64,000 bases of DNA from Octopus vulgaris (GCA_951406725.2 OX597816.1:170314001-170378000), one strand, 5' to 3'; shown: positions 1 through 12,919, numbered from the stretch's first letter. Program-made: numbers and translations. Notes: a model not told the origin generated them from the sequence alone.

Positions 1-239
1 CACCCTTGCTGCACAAAGGTACAACAAATGATGCATTAAAAAGTTGCTTGAAACTTTCAGAAAAATAGTAGTGGTAATGACGATGGTGACGAAAGTTGCC
101 GTACCTCAGTTTATGAGAGACAGGAGTTTCCGACAGAACTCTGGTTGTAACAATTAAAATGAAGCCGGACCTTTAAGGGAAAGCCTCCCGCTCGGCAGCG
201 GTTCAGTAAAGATGCAGACTGACCACAACAGAGAGAGCA

Positions 240-1320
240 AGAAGGAGGAAATGGTCCAGTTAAGAAAACAGGATAGTGATGCAGTTTTACTAAGAAAGCG
301 AACCTAAAAGAAAACGGATGTAAACACTTTTGGAAGAGAAGGGTATGATTAAAGTGACTGATCAGAGATTAATTGATCAGACTAATGCTATTAGGAGACG
401 AAGGTGGATGACAGAATTGGAGGCAGAAGAGATCACAAGCGAACTGGAAAGCAAATACAAGGTAGTGTGAACGGCAAACAACAACATAAGAGATACAGAT
501 GAAACTAAAGAAGAGGCGAAATGAAAAAAATAGCAATAGCGCTAACAATAAGGAAAGAACAACTGGCACCAACGACTTAAGTGATTTAGGTGAGGAAGAT
601 CAGAAGATTTTAGATGAGTTGCATGAATTAATGAGTAAAGAAGAAAGAAAAAGTCTGACAGCATTAAAAGGACCCAACAGAAGGAATGTACAGGAAAGGA
701 CTGTGAAAGTAGATTCTGTTATCAGTAGGATAGATACTAAAAATGATACTAATCTATGCAGGAGGGGTAGTAGTCACCAGAAGATTAGATATCTCACAGG
801 GAACGATTAGAGAAGAGCAGATGTGGAGAAGAAGACTGCAAACTTTGGGACAATGACAAAAGAGTTGAAAGAGCGTATAATAGCAGTAGCAGACAAGATC
901 TTCAGATATCAGAAGAGGAATAAATTGGTATCAACAGAATATATTCTTTGAGACAGACCAGAAGAGACTTTATAACCAAATAAATAGTGAAGAACGAAGT
1001 ACTGCAGATGACAAACCTAATGTAGAAGAAGCTAGAAAGTTTTGGAGTAATATTTGAGATAAGCCAGTCAATCATAATGGAGATGCAGTATGGTTAAAGA
1101 AAGTGAGAGAAGAAGTAGTGAGTGAGAAGCAGCCAGATCTAAAATTAACAAGAAAAGTGTTAGGAAATATGCCGAATTGGAAGAGCCCAAGACCAGACTT
1201 AACTACTGGTCAAAACAATTTAGTAGTTTACACCGGAGGCTGAGGGAACAACTTCAGGATTGCCCTAATGGGGGAATAATACCATATTGGATGACTAGAG
1301 CGGGGACAATACTCATGCCG
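240..1320 (+). mobile_element. Decayed R4/Dong-clade non-LTR retrotransposon, ORF N-terminus to start of RT
   Basis: Broken frames read NW.....NYWSKQFSSLHRRLREQLQDC..IIPYWMTRAGTILMP, resembling the NWKAPG..YW.K....H....L...IP.W.T.G.T.LIPK pre-RT block of R4/Dong; many stops and frameshifts. Confidence 0.8.
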
Positions 1321-2750
1321 ATGTTTTTGCTCCTGTGGCAAGACCTGCGTTGTTGGTATTTTAGAAGGCGATGTGGTGGTAGTCGTGGTCATTGACTCTG
1401 TTGTTCATGGAGTTGTTGTCACTCGTGAAGTTGTTGTCACTCGTGTAGTTGTTGTTCTTGGTGGTGGTATTTTTGCTGGAGCCCTCTCTGCTTCCTTTAC
1501 TTGGGGTTTCTTCTTTTGTTAGGGTTGCTTTTGTTGTTGGGATTGCTTCTGTAGTTGGGTTGCTTCAGTTGTTGTGATGCAGGTGGTGCTTGTATCAAGG
1601 AGGTAGTGTCCTCCTTTTGTTTTACTTGTGGGAATAAGGCTTTGAGGGGGTTATTCTGTCCGCATTGATAACATCTTGGCCTTCTTCCCTCAACTGTGGC
1701 GTTCAGCATTGTGACATGTCGAAGACTGAGTTGATCAGGAATTTGTTCCAAAACTATATTTGGACGATTATTTGCAATTCTTGACCAGTCCACTTGTTTT
1801 TACCTTGTTTCACGACTTGGAGGATTCTGATTTTATCTTCCAGGTCGATGTGGGTGGCTGCGACAATCCATCAGGCGTTCATATCTGGTGTTATCTCCAG
1901 TATTTTTAAGTTGGCGACGTGCCGTCCCAGGTATGTTGGAACTGGAAGTTCACTGTCTTGTCAGCTGGGCTGGTGAGTGCAGTTTTGCTGTTTTCTGTAG
2001 CAAATCTGACTTCAAGTGCATCATATTTCTTACCACTCGACAGATATGATATATCTTTCCTAATAGGATGCAAGCATTTTTCAACTGCTTGCTTTGTGGC
2101 AGTTTCTAAACGTCTCTTTATTTAAAGATATAGTTTTGTACACTATAACATGATTGTTTGTATTGTCCATAATATCTGAGGCGTGTTTATCGAAACACAT
2201 TTTTCGTTTTTTTTCTACTTAAAATGTTTCTGTTCTACAGAAACATTAATGTATTCAGTGCTAGGTTTCGCAATTGAAGTAGAACCACAGCTGTTTAGTG
2301 CATCGGGTTGTTGTTGTTGTTGAGTGTTCAAGCTGTCAGTGTTTGTGGGAGGGCTTGGATTCACAGGTGTTGCGCCTCTAGCAGCGTCCATTAGCTGAAT
2401 TTCTTTGTTTTATTTCTCTTATTTCTCGCGTATCTTTTCTTCTTTTTCTTTCTGCTGCTCAGCGTTGCACGTGCTAGCAAGACTTTCCCTCACCCCCTCT
2501 CTCTCTATCTCTCCCTCTCTCTCTCTCTGCCTTTTAAGGCATAGAGAGGGCGGAGACAATTTTCAAACATTTTTTGGCTGTCTTCCGATTGCAGAGGGGG
2601 TGGGGAAGGAAAGGAAGAGTTGAAACTCCTCGCCAAGGAGATTTTTACAAATTTTAAAATTGAAAATGAAAAAAATGGAGAATTTAAATTGAAAATTCGC
2701 CTCAAAAGAGGAAATGTCCCGCCTAGCCGCTCAGCTCAGCCTGGCCACAG
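1321..2750 (-). mobile_element. LINE ORF1 (gag-like) remnant with degenerate CCHC knuckle, L1/Tx1-like, plus probable 5' leader
   Basis: ORF 1497-1793 contains VEGRRPRCYQCGQNNPLKALFP (CX2CX4[H>P]X4[C>F]); candidate ATG near 2391; abuts and truncates the Dong remnant at about 1320. Confidence 0.6.
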
Positions 2751-2870
2751 AAATGTCGTAGAACATTGTCAGATACAAAAATATCTGTAAAAATTGAACA
2801 AAAACTTACAGCTCACGAACACGCGTTCTTCTTGGAAATCCGGGAGCACTGTACTATAAAAATAGTATTA

Positions 2871-2922
<52 letters not shown>

Positions 2923-2957
2923 CAACAACTTAGAAGTGTTATCATGTACATCCTTTT

Positions 2958-3410
2958 CCTTGGTATAAAAGATGGTCTACAGTAAATATTCTACTCAGTA
3001 CCAATTATTTGCTTGTCAGTTGCTTGACCTTAACCAGTTGAGCGCACACCTAAGTTGCAGACGATATATGCATATCTGATCACAATCAGAAGTAGTGGGG
3101 GAGCATCGTAGCCATGGGGTTTGGATAATTCATTCTGGAAACATGGTTGCTTCGTTCAACATCCTTAAACATCCCTTAGTCAGGGACCTTTTGAGTGGGA
3201 TGGGCTACTCGATCTGAAGGAAACCTTAACTGGGCACCACCTGCAAGGTCAGATGCTGTGTATCTTGATATGAGATCACCATGTCACACACATAATTGCG
3301 ATGCATGTGCCTGGTGTACCCTTATCAGACAGGTAGTCATGATGGGTGTACTGGGCTTCGTATATTTTACCCCAGTGTCCGTTTGATGGCATGCACTGCT
3401 CTCTCACTCA
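2958..3410 (+). repeat. ~455 bp interspersed repeat, copy 1, ending in a (TAA)n tail
   Basis: Diverged direct repeat of 3448-3921; ends ctctctcactca(ata)n. Confidence 0.85.
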
Positions 3411-3447
3411 ATAATAATAATAACAATAATAATAATAATAATATTTG

Positions 3448-3921
3448 TCTTGGTATAAAAGATGGGCTACAGCAAATATTCTGCTCAATACCACAGATTT
3501 GCTTGTCAGTTGTTTGACCATAACCAGTTGAGCATGTCCCTTAGTGGCTGACGATATGTGCATCTCTGATCACGAGCAGAAGTAGTGGGGGAGCATCATA
3601 GCCATGTGTTGAGAGGGATTCTTTGGGGTTTGAATAGTTCACCTCTGGAAACATGGGTGGTTCTTTCAACATCCTTAAACAACCCTTATTCAGGGACCGT
3701 TTGAGCGGGATGGGCTACTCAACCTGAAGAAAATTCTAACTGGGCCCCACCTGCAAGGTCATGTGCTGTTTATCTTGATATGAGATCACCATGTCGCGCA
3801 CATATGGTTGTGATGCATGTGCCTGGTGTACCTTTATCAGACGGGTAGTCATGATGGGTATATTGGGCTTCGTATATTTTACCCCAGTGTCACTTTGATG
3901 GCATGAACTGCTCTCTCACTC
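3448..3921 (+). repeat. ~475 bp interspersed repeat, copy 2, ending in a (TAA)n tail
   Basis: Same start (cttggtataaaagatgg) and end as copy 1; (TAA)n on both sides. Confidence 0.85.
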
Positions 3922-3925
3922 AATG

Positions 3926-3978
<53 letters not shown>

Positions 3979-3979
3979 G

Positions 3980-4042
<63 letters not shown>

Positions 4043-4044
4043 CA

Positions 4045-4830
4045 AGAAGCCTTTTAGGCGTGAAGATAACTTAGTGACTGACAAACTCATAAGCAATAAC
4101 TGAAGAAGAGGTAAAAAGTGTGTGTGCATGGAGTAGATCGGTTACCAAAATAGTTTTGCTAGTACACCTCACACGTAGATCTAGGAAACATTAATCGTGA
4201 TAAAGATTGCACAATTGTATGATATATTCAACATGTCATGAGTGTATGATAAACCATTTAAGCAGATACAAACTAAAAGAGGAATAACAGTTCTCGCCTC
4301 CACTTTATTTGATACTAACACTTTTAATGGACACGATACAAGGTACTGGACTAAAACACAAATGCCACGAGACGATAAACCATCTCTTGAATATGAGTGA
4401 ACTCAAGCTGTCCCCTATAAATGATAACCAACTATAAACATTTCTGCTGAGGATAAATGGATATGAGAAATCAATATTAGATTCGGTTTCGAAAAATGTA
4501 CCAAGCCACCTCAAATAGAGAAAATTAAGATCGCTAACATAATGCTAGTAAAAGAAACCTTGATAAGAAAATTAAACTAATGACTGACACAATAAGTATT
4601 TGGTTATCAATGCTATAATCGAAGTCAGCACACAGAAGATGTACTGTATACACTCTAAAGGGAAACATAAAACAGCAATATGCCAAGAATAAGCTAAAAG
4701 TTATGAATAATTTACGTGCCGTACTAACAAGTTAGAGTTATAATCTAATAGATTTAACGTTAAGCAAACTACTAACATTAGACAAAGAAAAATTATAGCA
4801 TTTAGAATGCACCACAGATAATTTAACATG
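4045..4830 (+). mobile_element. Highly decayed R4/Dong RT fragment
   Basis: Remnants TINHLLNMSELKL (HLLYMDDLKL-like) at about 4375-4410 and IRFGFEKCT (MEFGLDKCA-like) at about 4475-4500; follows a (TAA)n array. Confidence 0.6.
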
Positions 4831-4909
4831 TAAGATTTTATCTACCATGAAAGTAGTGTGTTAGGGACTTTTGTTATTAGAAAACTTTTATGCATTATCT
4901 CTTGTGAAG

Positions 4910-5228
4910 GCTGTGGTTTTGTGGTTACAGTATTCTGCTCACAATTGTAAGGTCGTGAGTTCGATAACCGGCAGCGAGACGTGTTCTTGAGCGTGACACT
5001 AAATTTCACGTTGTCCTTCTTCACTCATCCGGCAAAAAATGAATAGTAGCTATATTTCAAAGGACTAACATAGTTACATGCTGAGTCGTACTGAATCTCC
5101 CTGAGAACTGCGATAAATGTACGCGTGTCTTTGGAGTGCTCGACTACTTGCATGTTAATTTCACAAGCAGGCTGTTCCGTTGATTGGATCAACTGGAACA
5201 CTCGCCATCCTAACCGCAGGAGTGCCAT
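4910..5228 (+). mobile_element. Old tRNA-derived SINE with the family B 3' tail
   Basis: B-box gagttcgataacc, core gtgttcttgagc; 3' part matches the tail of 12240-12609 and 41369-41751. Confidence 0.8.
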
Positions 5229-5987
5229 TTTATATATATATTCTCCTATCGAAGTACAAAATATTTAGCAAAGTATTGTGGAAAATTAATATTAAATAGC
5301 TATGAAATATGAACAAAACACATATAAAATCAATTACGTATCAAGAAAGCCAAAAATACAAAATAGATGTCAAACTGATCATTATGAATAGAATGGGAAA
5401 ACCACGACAGAATTGAATTTGTATTGGGATAAGCTAAAATGTTAGGTTAAACTATGGCTACAGATAGCGATAACAAGGAAAGCTCTAAGTTCGCCCTCAC
5501 ATGTAAAGGCTGAACATTGCGGGGTAGGAGGAGATATGGAGGAATGGCTTAAAAATTCTGATGGTCAGAGGACTTAGAAGATCAATAAAAGATACAAATG
5601 TATTTGGGTGAATAAACGAGAGATTATACACTGAGTAAATAGACGTCACTATTGTTGATGTTGAGTTGAGAGAAGCGAGGACCAGTGAATGAATTCTAAG
5701 TAAGTTATCTATCTTTGGAATGGAGTGAAAATACAGTTCGTAGTCTGGTATCTGAGATGAGCTGGATTTAGGAATTGATGGATTTGCATATCAACAAAGA
5801 TTAGGATGTTTCATTTACATGTTAGTAGGTGATCATAATTTAGAATGGAACGAAAGTTAAGGATATTGGAGAGCGTAAAGACGAGAAATGAACGATTTCC
5901 TCAGTGAAAAAGACGTTCATAAATCATATAATAATTCTGTTTGTCATTGCATTACTTAGCCCGTCGGTAACGCGTTTATGTGATTAG

Positions 5988-6480
5988 AGAAAAAGAGGGA
6001 GAAAGAAAAGAGAGAAAGAGAAAAAGAGGGAGAAAGAAAAAGAAGGAGAGAGAAAAAGAAGGAGAGAGAAAAAGAGGGAGAGAGAAACGTCCATGACGTG
6101 AGGTAGAGGGAATTTAATTGTAAGATTATCACATGATTAGTTGCAAGGAAAGAGAGGAAAAAGAAAAAGGAGAAATAAAAAGAGGGTGAGGCGAAGAGTA
6201 AGGAAGAAAGAGAGGAAAAGAAAGAGAGGGAGATGGAGGGAGAAAAGGAGAGCCGGAGAGAAAAGCATCCATGACGTGGCGTTGGGGAACGTATTAGTTT
6301 TAACAGAGGGGTGATGTTCTGATGTTGAGATTAACAAAAGGCACAGAGAGAGAGAGAGAGAGGGAGAGAGAGAGGAGAGAGAAAGAGGAGAGAGAAAGAG
6401 GAGAGAGAGAAGAGGGAGATAGATGACGATGATGGTGGTGGTGATTATGAAGATGGAGGTGGTGTTGGTGGTAGTGACTG
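5988..6480. repeat. Purine-rich low-complexity and (GA)n repeats with an internal duplication
   Basis: GA/AAAG runs; tccatgacgtg...ggaa motif occurs at about 6090 and about 6268. Confidence 0.8.
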
Positions 6481-6899
6481 GATAGTGAAAAGTGTATTTT
6501 TTTAGATTGAACTAAGATTTTTATATCACCGATCACTTAGTATATGCGCATAAGAGCAATTCCGTGAAATATTGACGCACATTTACGTGGCAGATATATG
6601 CGAATAAACTAAAGGTTGTATCATATGCACAGAATATATTTTTTGTTTGTTTATAGGGAAAACGAAAAAATAAGAGTGAATATTTATTTTATGATTGCTG
6701 TGTATTCAGTCTATAAAATTGTGCATAAAGTATATAAAGTAAATATATAAATTAAATATATAAAGTGCATCAAGTAATCATCGGATTCCAATTTCTTTCC
6801 CCGTTTCAGTGAGTAGCAGATGAGCGACTGTCTTTCCATACAGACACAATACAGGCTACGTTTTCAGGTTTTCTGGATAAGGTTTTCAGAAATAAACCA

Positions 6900-7436
6900 A
6901 TAGGTTTACCATTAAATCCGTGAAATATCCACAGATCCCGCTTGTGAAGATATTGAAGTCCAATCTCTAAATGAGAATTATCATACCAACAATTATTTAA
7001 GTAGTATCCCTAATAGAGTATGAAGCAGGTGTTATCCAATGGAGGAAAGATAAACTGAAGCATATCAACAGGAAAATGAGGAAGCAGCTCACACGGATGC
7101 AGGTATCCCTAATCATGTGGACGCGTTAGACTGCAAAAGAACTGACGGATGAAGAGCATTAATGAGCGTACTCTTTTTACTTGTTTCAGTCATTTGTCTG
7201 TGGCCATGCTGGAGCACCGCCTTTAGTCGATCGAATCGATCCCAGGACTTATTCTTTGTAAGCCTAGTACTTATTCTATCGGACCCTTTTGCTGAACCGC
7301 TAAGTTACGGGGACGTAAACACACCAGCATCGGTTGTCAAGCGATGTTGGTGGGGACAAACACAGACACACAAACATACACACACACACATACACACACA
7401 CACACACACACATACCTATATATTTATATATATATA

Positions 7437-7468
<32 letters not shown>

Positions 7469-7474
7469 CATATT

Positions 7475-7529
<55 letters not shown>

Positions 7530-7930
7530 TACGACGGGCTTCTTTCAGTTTCTGTCTACCAAATTCACTCACAAGGCTTTGGTCGGCCCAAGGCTATAGC
7601 AGAAGACACTTGCCCAAGGTACTACGCAGTGGGACTGAACCCGGAACCATGTGGTTCGTAAGCAAGCTACTTACCACACAGACACTCTAACGCCTATAGG
7701 CGTAGGTAATTTAACAAAACTAAAGGAAACGGACTTAGGTTTCTGTCTAAAAATAAACGGTTCTCATAAAGGAATGACTATTTACAGAATTTGTAAATCC
7801 CAAAAAGCAAAACCAAAGAAGTTCCATTCAGCGTTTTTTAAAAGGACAAAAGGAAATATGGAATGGTATAGACAGCTAGCTCATGGCCATTTCTGAGAAT
7901 AGAATTTGTAATCTTCGAAAACAATGAAGA
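6900..7930 (+). mobile_element. Decayed R4/Dong thumb-region fragment interrupted by a SINE
   Basis: WRKDKLKHINRKMRKQLT...DALDCKRTDG*RAL resembles W...EL..LDRKTRK.LT...DRLY..R..GGRGL; resumes after 7700 with WYRQLAHGHF. Confidence 0.6.
7170..7695 (-). mobile_element. SINE family A (tRNA head, internal (TA)n(TG)n, conserved 3' tail)
   Basis: Reverse complement of ggcgcaggagtggctgtgtggtaagtagc...ggttcagtccc...ggcggtgctccagcatggcc...gaaacaagtaaaagag; 10 or more copies in the window. Confidence 0.95.
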
Positions 7931-9323
7931 CAATAAACGTAGAAGGAAACAAAATGCAAGAACTTTAATATTGCTGTCGATTAAAAGAAGCAGGAAGTAC
8001 GTTTTACAATCGGTGTGGCATGATTATTAGATATAAGAACATACGGGTGTCTTCCCACAATCCTGCACTTGTAGTTCACATAATTATTTGCCCCAAAAGT
8101 ATCAATGAGAAATTTTAAGCGTAGATCTGGCAGAATATTCTCATATTCTGGTTATGCCCCACATAAAGTTTCCCGTAGTACTCTTCTGTTTTAATATATT
8201 TTGTTTTACATCTATTACTATCCCTTATTCTGAACAGTCCGCGTTATCAGATACCGTCTACTCGGCACTCTCAACTAAATCTCTTAAGAAATTGTGTGAA
8301 TCTGTTTTCTTTATCAGATTTGGTTATATGGAACTCACAAAGCTACGGTTCAAATTATAAATTTGTAGTGAACTACACATGTCGGGTAAAGAATGAGAGG
8401 AAAGCTTGCAGATAAGCGCAAAAACTGCGCTTCGAACGCTACCGTAACTTAGACGGTGAAACACGAAGGCCACTGTGCAGGCGTTTGGAGACCACTGCCT
8501 CGTCTCATTTGTGAAACAAAACGAGCAGGTAATAAGCCCTTAGGCAGCACTTCCATCAAGTATTGTATTGTCTCCATCAAGTCTTGTGAATCTTCATTGG
8601 CATGAAGAATATAAAGTCGACCGTACTCTGGCGATCCATTTCCGTGTAAAGGTAGACAGAAATTTTGAAGTAGAAAGATATCTTTCCCTCGGGGTTAGTC
8701 ATTTGTGCATCGAATCAAGTAAAGGAATCTGCTCAATTATAATTTCCAGATATTATTCGAAATTATCGTGGCTCATTACTTGCTTCAAAGACGCGTTTTA
8801 CCATTATGGCAAAACTATAGATGCCCATTTCTAAAGCACAAAGCATTAATATACAGGCAAGATTTATAATTCCTCTGATGGTGCATGGTTCAAATTTTTC
8901 ATCCTGATTTCGTTTTATGGCAGTAGCAAATCAACTTGGACATCGTCCTATTGTTAGGAATTTTTCCGAAGTAAGAAAATTGCTGTCATTTCTTTGGACT
9001 GCCAAATTGCATTTGATGTTTTCTTCTTTTGTACCATTTCTCAAATTAAGCAACTATACTTCATTCCTATTATTTCATCGCGTTTCTCTCTCTTTGCATA
9101 TATATATGTTGTTTCTGTAAATATGCTGCATATCCTTTCTCAGTCACACTGGCTCTTCTTATCTGTTTCGTTGTCATAAGGTTTCTCGTATTTCCTTCTC
9201 TGCATCTTTTGTCTCATTTCTTTTTGTTGAACTTCGATTACGTTCCATAGCTAAAATTGTTTAAATATAAAGTGAAAATGAAATTTTCAGTGCAAAATTT
9301 GCAGCAGTGTTAAAAGATAAGGA

Positions 9324-9900
9324 AACTGAGAATATACGTCGTGTATAAAAATTGCAGAAGTGTTTAAAAATAATAAAGAATAAGAAATGGTAACAAGAAA
9401 CTGAAATTCTTTACTTGCTTGTCTTCTTGCGCCATGAAAGTAAAAGTGTTTACCATGCCAGAGCTAAAAGTGAAATAGTTCTATTCGCAAACAGAGAAAA
9501 AGCTCTAGTAGCAAAATGAACGGAATAAGAAATGTAATTAATAATGATAATAAAGTAAATTATAAATTTTCTGGAGCCGACGAAATACTATATAGGATAT
9601 AGAGTCACTAAAGTGTATTGAATTGTTGTGGAATTATTCTGAAAGGAGAAATAAATGTAACACAGATACTCGACGCAAAAATTTGGCTCCTACATAAATG
9701 AGAATATTCGCTGTGTTGTTATCCCTTTCTTAATGTTAGATTCCAAAAGTATTGAAATATATGAAATCTGTTTATAATTTTTATAAATGAATACAAATTT
9801 GTAGAATTATTTGCTGATATCAGATCCATGTAGGATTCATCATAAAGAGTATCTCACTTTTCACCCTGGAAAATATTTCCGCTTTCTTTTACTAAGAGGA
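9324..9900 (+). repeat. Local duplication, copy A (uninterrupted)
   Basis: Colinear with 10458-11845 once two insertions are removed. Confidence 0.9.
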
Positions 9901-10002
9901 ACAAGTTATTTCTTTTATTTTGAAAAGGAAATTTTAAACTTTACTCGCCTTTTGTAAGAAAATGTTTTGATTTCACTTAAAAGAAATCTTATATAATAAG
10001 AA

Positions 10003-10217
10003 TGGTTTGAAAATTTGGCATAAGGCCATCGATTTCAGGTGAACGTTTAAGTCGATTACATCGACACTAATGCTCAACTGGAACTTATTTTATCGGTCCC
10101 GAAAGGATGAAAGGTAAAGTCGACTTCATCGGAATTTGAACTCAGAACGTAAAATTTGGACGAAATGCCGCTAAGTATTTTGTCCGACATGTTAGTGATT
10201 CTGCCAGCTCGCTACCT
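10003..10217 (-). mobile_element. SINE family C
   Basis: Reverse complement of ggcggcgagctggcagaa...gagttcaaattcc...gactttgcctttcatcctttcggggtcgataa. Confidence 0.9.
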
Positions 10218-10231
10218 CAATAATAATAATA

Positions 10232-10444
10232 ATCCTTTCTACAAACGTAAAACACATGAAATTGGGGGAACAGATGAGTCGATTACATTGCCACCAGTGT
10301 TTCACTGGTACTTTATCTATCGGCCCCGAAAGGAGGAAAGACAAAGTCGATCCCGGCGGAATTGGAACTCAAAGCGTAGCAACGGCAGAAATATCACTAA
10401 GCATTTCGTCCAGCGTCCTAACAATTCTGCCAGCTCACCGCCTT
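10232..10444 (-). mobile_element. SINE family C
   Basis: Second tandem copy with the same motifs. Confidence 0.9.
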
Positions 10445-10510
10445 AATAATAATGATAACTGAGAATATGAGTTGTACGAAAAATTTGCAGAAGTTTTAAA
10501 AAATAATAAA

Positions 10511-10929
10511 GGCGCAGGAGTGGCTGTGTGGTAAGTAGCTTGCTAACCAACCACATGGTTCCGGGTTCAGTCCCACTGCGTGGCATCTTGGGCAAGTGTC
10601 TTCTGCTATAGCCTCGGGCCGACCAATGCCTTGTGAGTGGATTTGGTAGACGAAAACTGAAAGAAGCCTGTCGTATATATGTATATATTCATATATATAT
10701 GTGTGTGTATGTTTGTGTGTCTGTGTTTGTCCCCCTAGCATTGCCTGACAGCCGATGCTGGTGTGTTTACGTCCCCGTCACTTAGCGGTTCGGCAAGAGA
10801 GACCGATGGAATAAGTACTGGGCTTACAAAGAATAAGTTCCGGGGTCGATTTGCTCGACTAAACGCGGTGCTCCAGCATGGCAGCAGTCAAATGACTGAA
10901 ACAAATAAAAGAAAAAAAAGTAAAAGAGT
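10511..10929 (+). mobile_element. SINE family A
   Basis: Full length; absent from the paralogous empty site at about 9378. Confidence 0.95.
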
Positions 10930-11123
10930 AATAAGAAATGGTAACAAGAAACTGAAATTCTTTACTTGCTTGTCTTACAGCTTCATGAAAGTGAAAGTGT
11001 TAACCGTACCAGAGATAAAAGTGAAATATTTTTTTCGCAAATAGAGAAAAAGCGTGAGTAGAAAATGAACGGAATAAGAAACAAATGTAATTAATAATGA
11101 TAATCAAGTAAATTATAAACTTT

Positions 11124-11510
11124 GTATACTGGCAGAATGTGTTTATAAAACATCTTTTTCTCTCGGCTTTATTGAGAAAATTCTATAGTTTGTAAGATAT
11201 TTGTTGTCTTTTTCTTCAATTTCCGCAATTTCAACCAATCAATGATGTCCATTGAGGTAAACAACATTCTGTGCCTTATGAATATGTCCCTCGTTTAAGA
11301 AATAGATTAGATTTATTTACATTTGTGAAGAAAAAAAGATATCCTTCCCCCACCCCTAACAACCCTAACCCTAACTAAGCCAAACTAAGCCTAACTAACC
11401 CTAACCCTAAAACAAATTGAAATGCAATAGATCGATACTAGGGTCATAATTATGGGTGACAATTTCATAAGAGACCGCTAGAAAAAATGCCGTTCAAACC
11501 GAAAAGATCT
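11124..11510. mobile_element. 387 bp non-autonomous insertion with internal CCCTAA-like repeats
   Basis: Absent in copy A; flanked by acttt at 11119-11123 and 11511-11515; ccctaa units at about 11354-11410. Confidence 0.8.
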
Positions 11511-11849
11511 ACTTTCGGTAGCCGGCTTGAATACCATATGGCGTATAGAGTCACTAAAGGGGATTGAGTTGTTGTGGAAGTTTCCCTAAAGGAGAAATAA
11601 ATGTAACATTTGTACTCGACGCAAACATTTGGCTCCTACATGAATGAGAATATGCGCTGTGTTGTTATACCTTCTTAATGTAATAAGTATTTGAAATATA
11701 TGAAATCTGTTCATCATTTCCAATAAATGAATACAAATTTGTAGAATTGTTTGTTGAAATTAGATCCATTTATCTTTCTTCTTAAAGAGTATCTCACCTT
11801 TCACCCTGGAAAACATTTTCACTTTCTATTCCTAATAAAAAGAAGTACA

Positions 11850-11970
11850 TTTTCAAATTTTGCCAAAAGGACAGCGATTTCACAGGTACTTAATTTATCG
11901 ACCCCGAAAGGATGGAAGGCAAAGATGACCTCGGTTGAATTTGAACTCAGAACGTAGCGGCAGACTAAGT
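11850..11970 (-). mobile_element. SINE family C fragment
   Basis: ggtacttaatttatcgaccccgaaaggatggaaggcaaag...ttgaactcagaacg. Confidence 0.85.
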
Positions 11971-11984
11971 ACCATTATTTAGAC

Positions 11985-12900
11985 ACTTAGCATAGTTTCA
12001 GCCAGAATTGTCCGAGGCCATGAACTAGCGTAATAGCGCCACCTAGAAAGGACATTTAATGATTTTTCATATTTCAGTCATCCTTTGGGCACCGTAGTCC
12101 TTTCAAGTAAAGTGTTATTGTTTGCAGAGATATATCTAGGTGTCAGTGGTTTATCCTGAATTTGTTGGTGATATTCGTCCAGGAATCGTTTGAATGTTAT
12201 AAGATCTTTTCCTTCGTTAATGTCTTATGGTATGATACTGGATTGGAAGCACTCCATCGGTTACGAAGACGAGGGTTCCGGTTGATCCGAATCAAAGGAA
12301 CAGCCTGCTCGTGAAATTAACGTGTAAGTGGCTGAGCACTCCACAGACACGTGTACCCTTAACGTAGTTCTCGGGGATATTCAGCGTGACACAGAGAGTG
12401 ACAAGGCCGGCTCTTTGAAATACAGGTACAACAGAAACAGGAAGTAAGAGTGAGAGAAAGTTGTGGTGAAAGAGTACAGCAGGGATCACCACCATCCCCT
12501 GCCGGAGCCTCCTGGAGCTTTAGGTGTTTTCGCTCAATAAACACTCACAACGCCCGGTCTGGGAATCGAAACCGCGATCCTATGACCGCTGGGCCATTGC
12601 ACCTCCACAGTATGATACTAAAGAGAGTAAGACTAGTTAAAGTGAAAGTGTTGTGACTTGGCGCAAGCACGATTTCTGTAGAGAATGGCACAGGAACCAA
12701 GCCTTGAGTGAATTTTAAGCCAACATTATTTGGTCAATGCTGTTAAAATAATTTCCATTTGATATAGCAGTCACGGTGCCATAGGAAGGAATAAAGTTTC
12801 AGCTTCTCGAGCTGATACTAACAATCAAAACCTGTCATGTCAACTCTGCTTATGTGATTGATATTTTGGGTGCTTCAAGTTTTCTATTCAGTTGCTTAGG
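11985..12900 (-). mobile_element. CR1-like LINE 3' end, interrupted by a SINE
   Basis: Minus frame FKRFLDEYHQQIQDKPLTPRYISANNNTLL resembles the C-terminus of the LINE at 47640-48110. Confidence 0.6.
12240..12609 (-). mobile_element. SINE family B with 10 bp TSD
   Basis: TSD gtatgatact at 12230-12239 and 12610-12619; near-identical to 41369-41751 and 50300-50671. Confidence 0.95.
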
Positions 12901-12919
12901 GAGACCACAGTGAACAATA

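Larger units (their letters stand above)
10458..11845 (+). repeat. Local duplication, copy B (carries two insertions)
   Basis: Matches 9324-9900 on both sides of inserts 10511-10929 and 11124-11510. Confidence 0.9.

Noticed and set aside
5400-5940. Possible LINE endonuclease remnant on the minus strand
   Set aside because: Too decayed to identify a diagnostic motif
7162-7690. Recurrent ORFs such as MLGGQTQTH...RLPNPLTRLWSA across the window
   Set aside because: Chance frames in SINE family A copies and their dinucleotide tracts
8380-8540. CpG-richer stretch ending in a donor-like CAG/GTAATA
   Set aside because: All three plus frames contain stops; no support for a coding exon, though a non-coding exon cannot be excluded
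11354-11410. Possible telomere or chromosome fusion relic
   Set aside because: Only a few degenerate units, internal to a discrete insertion
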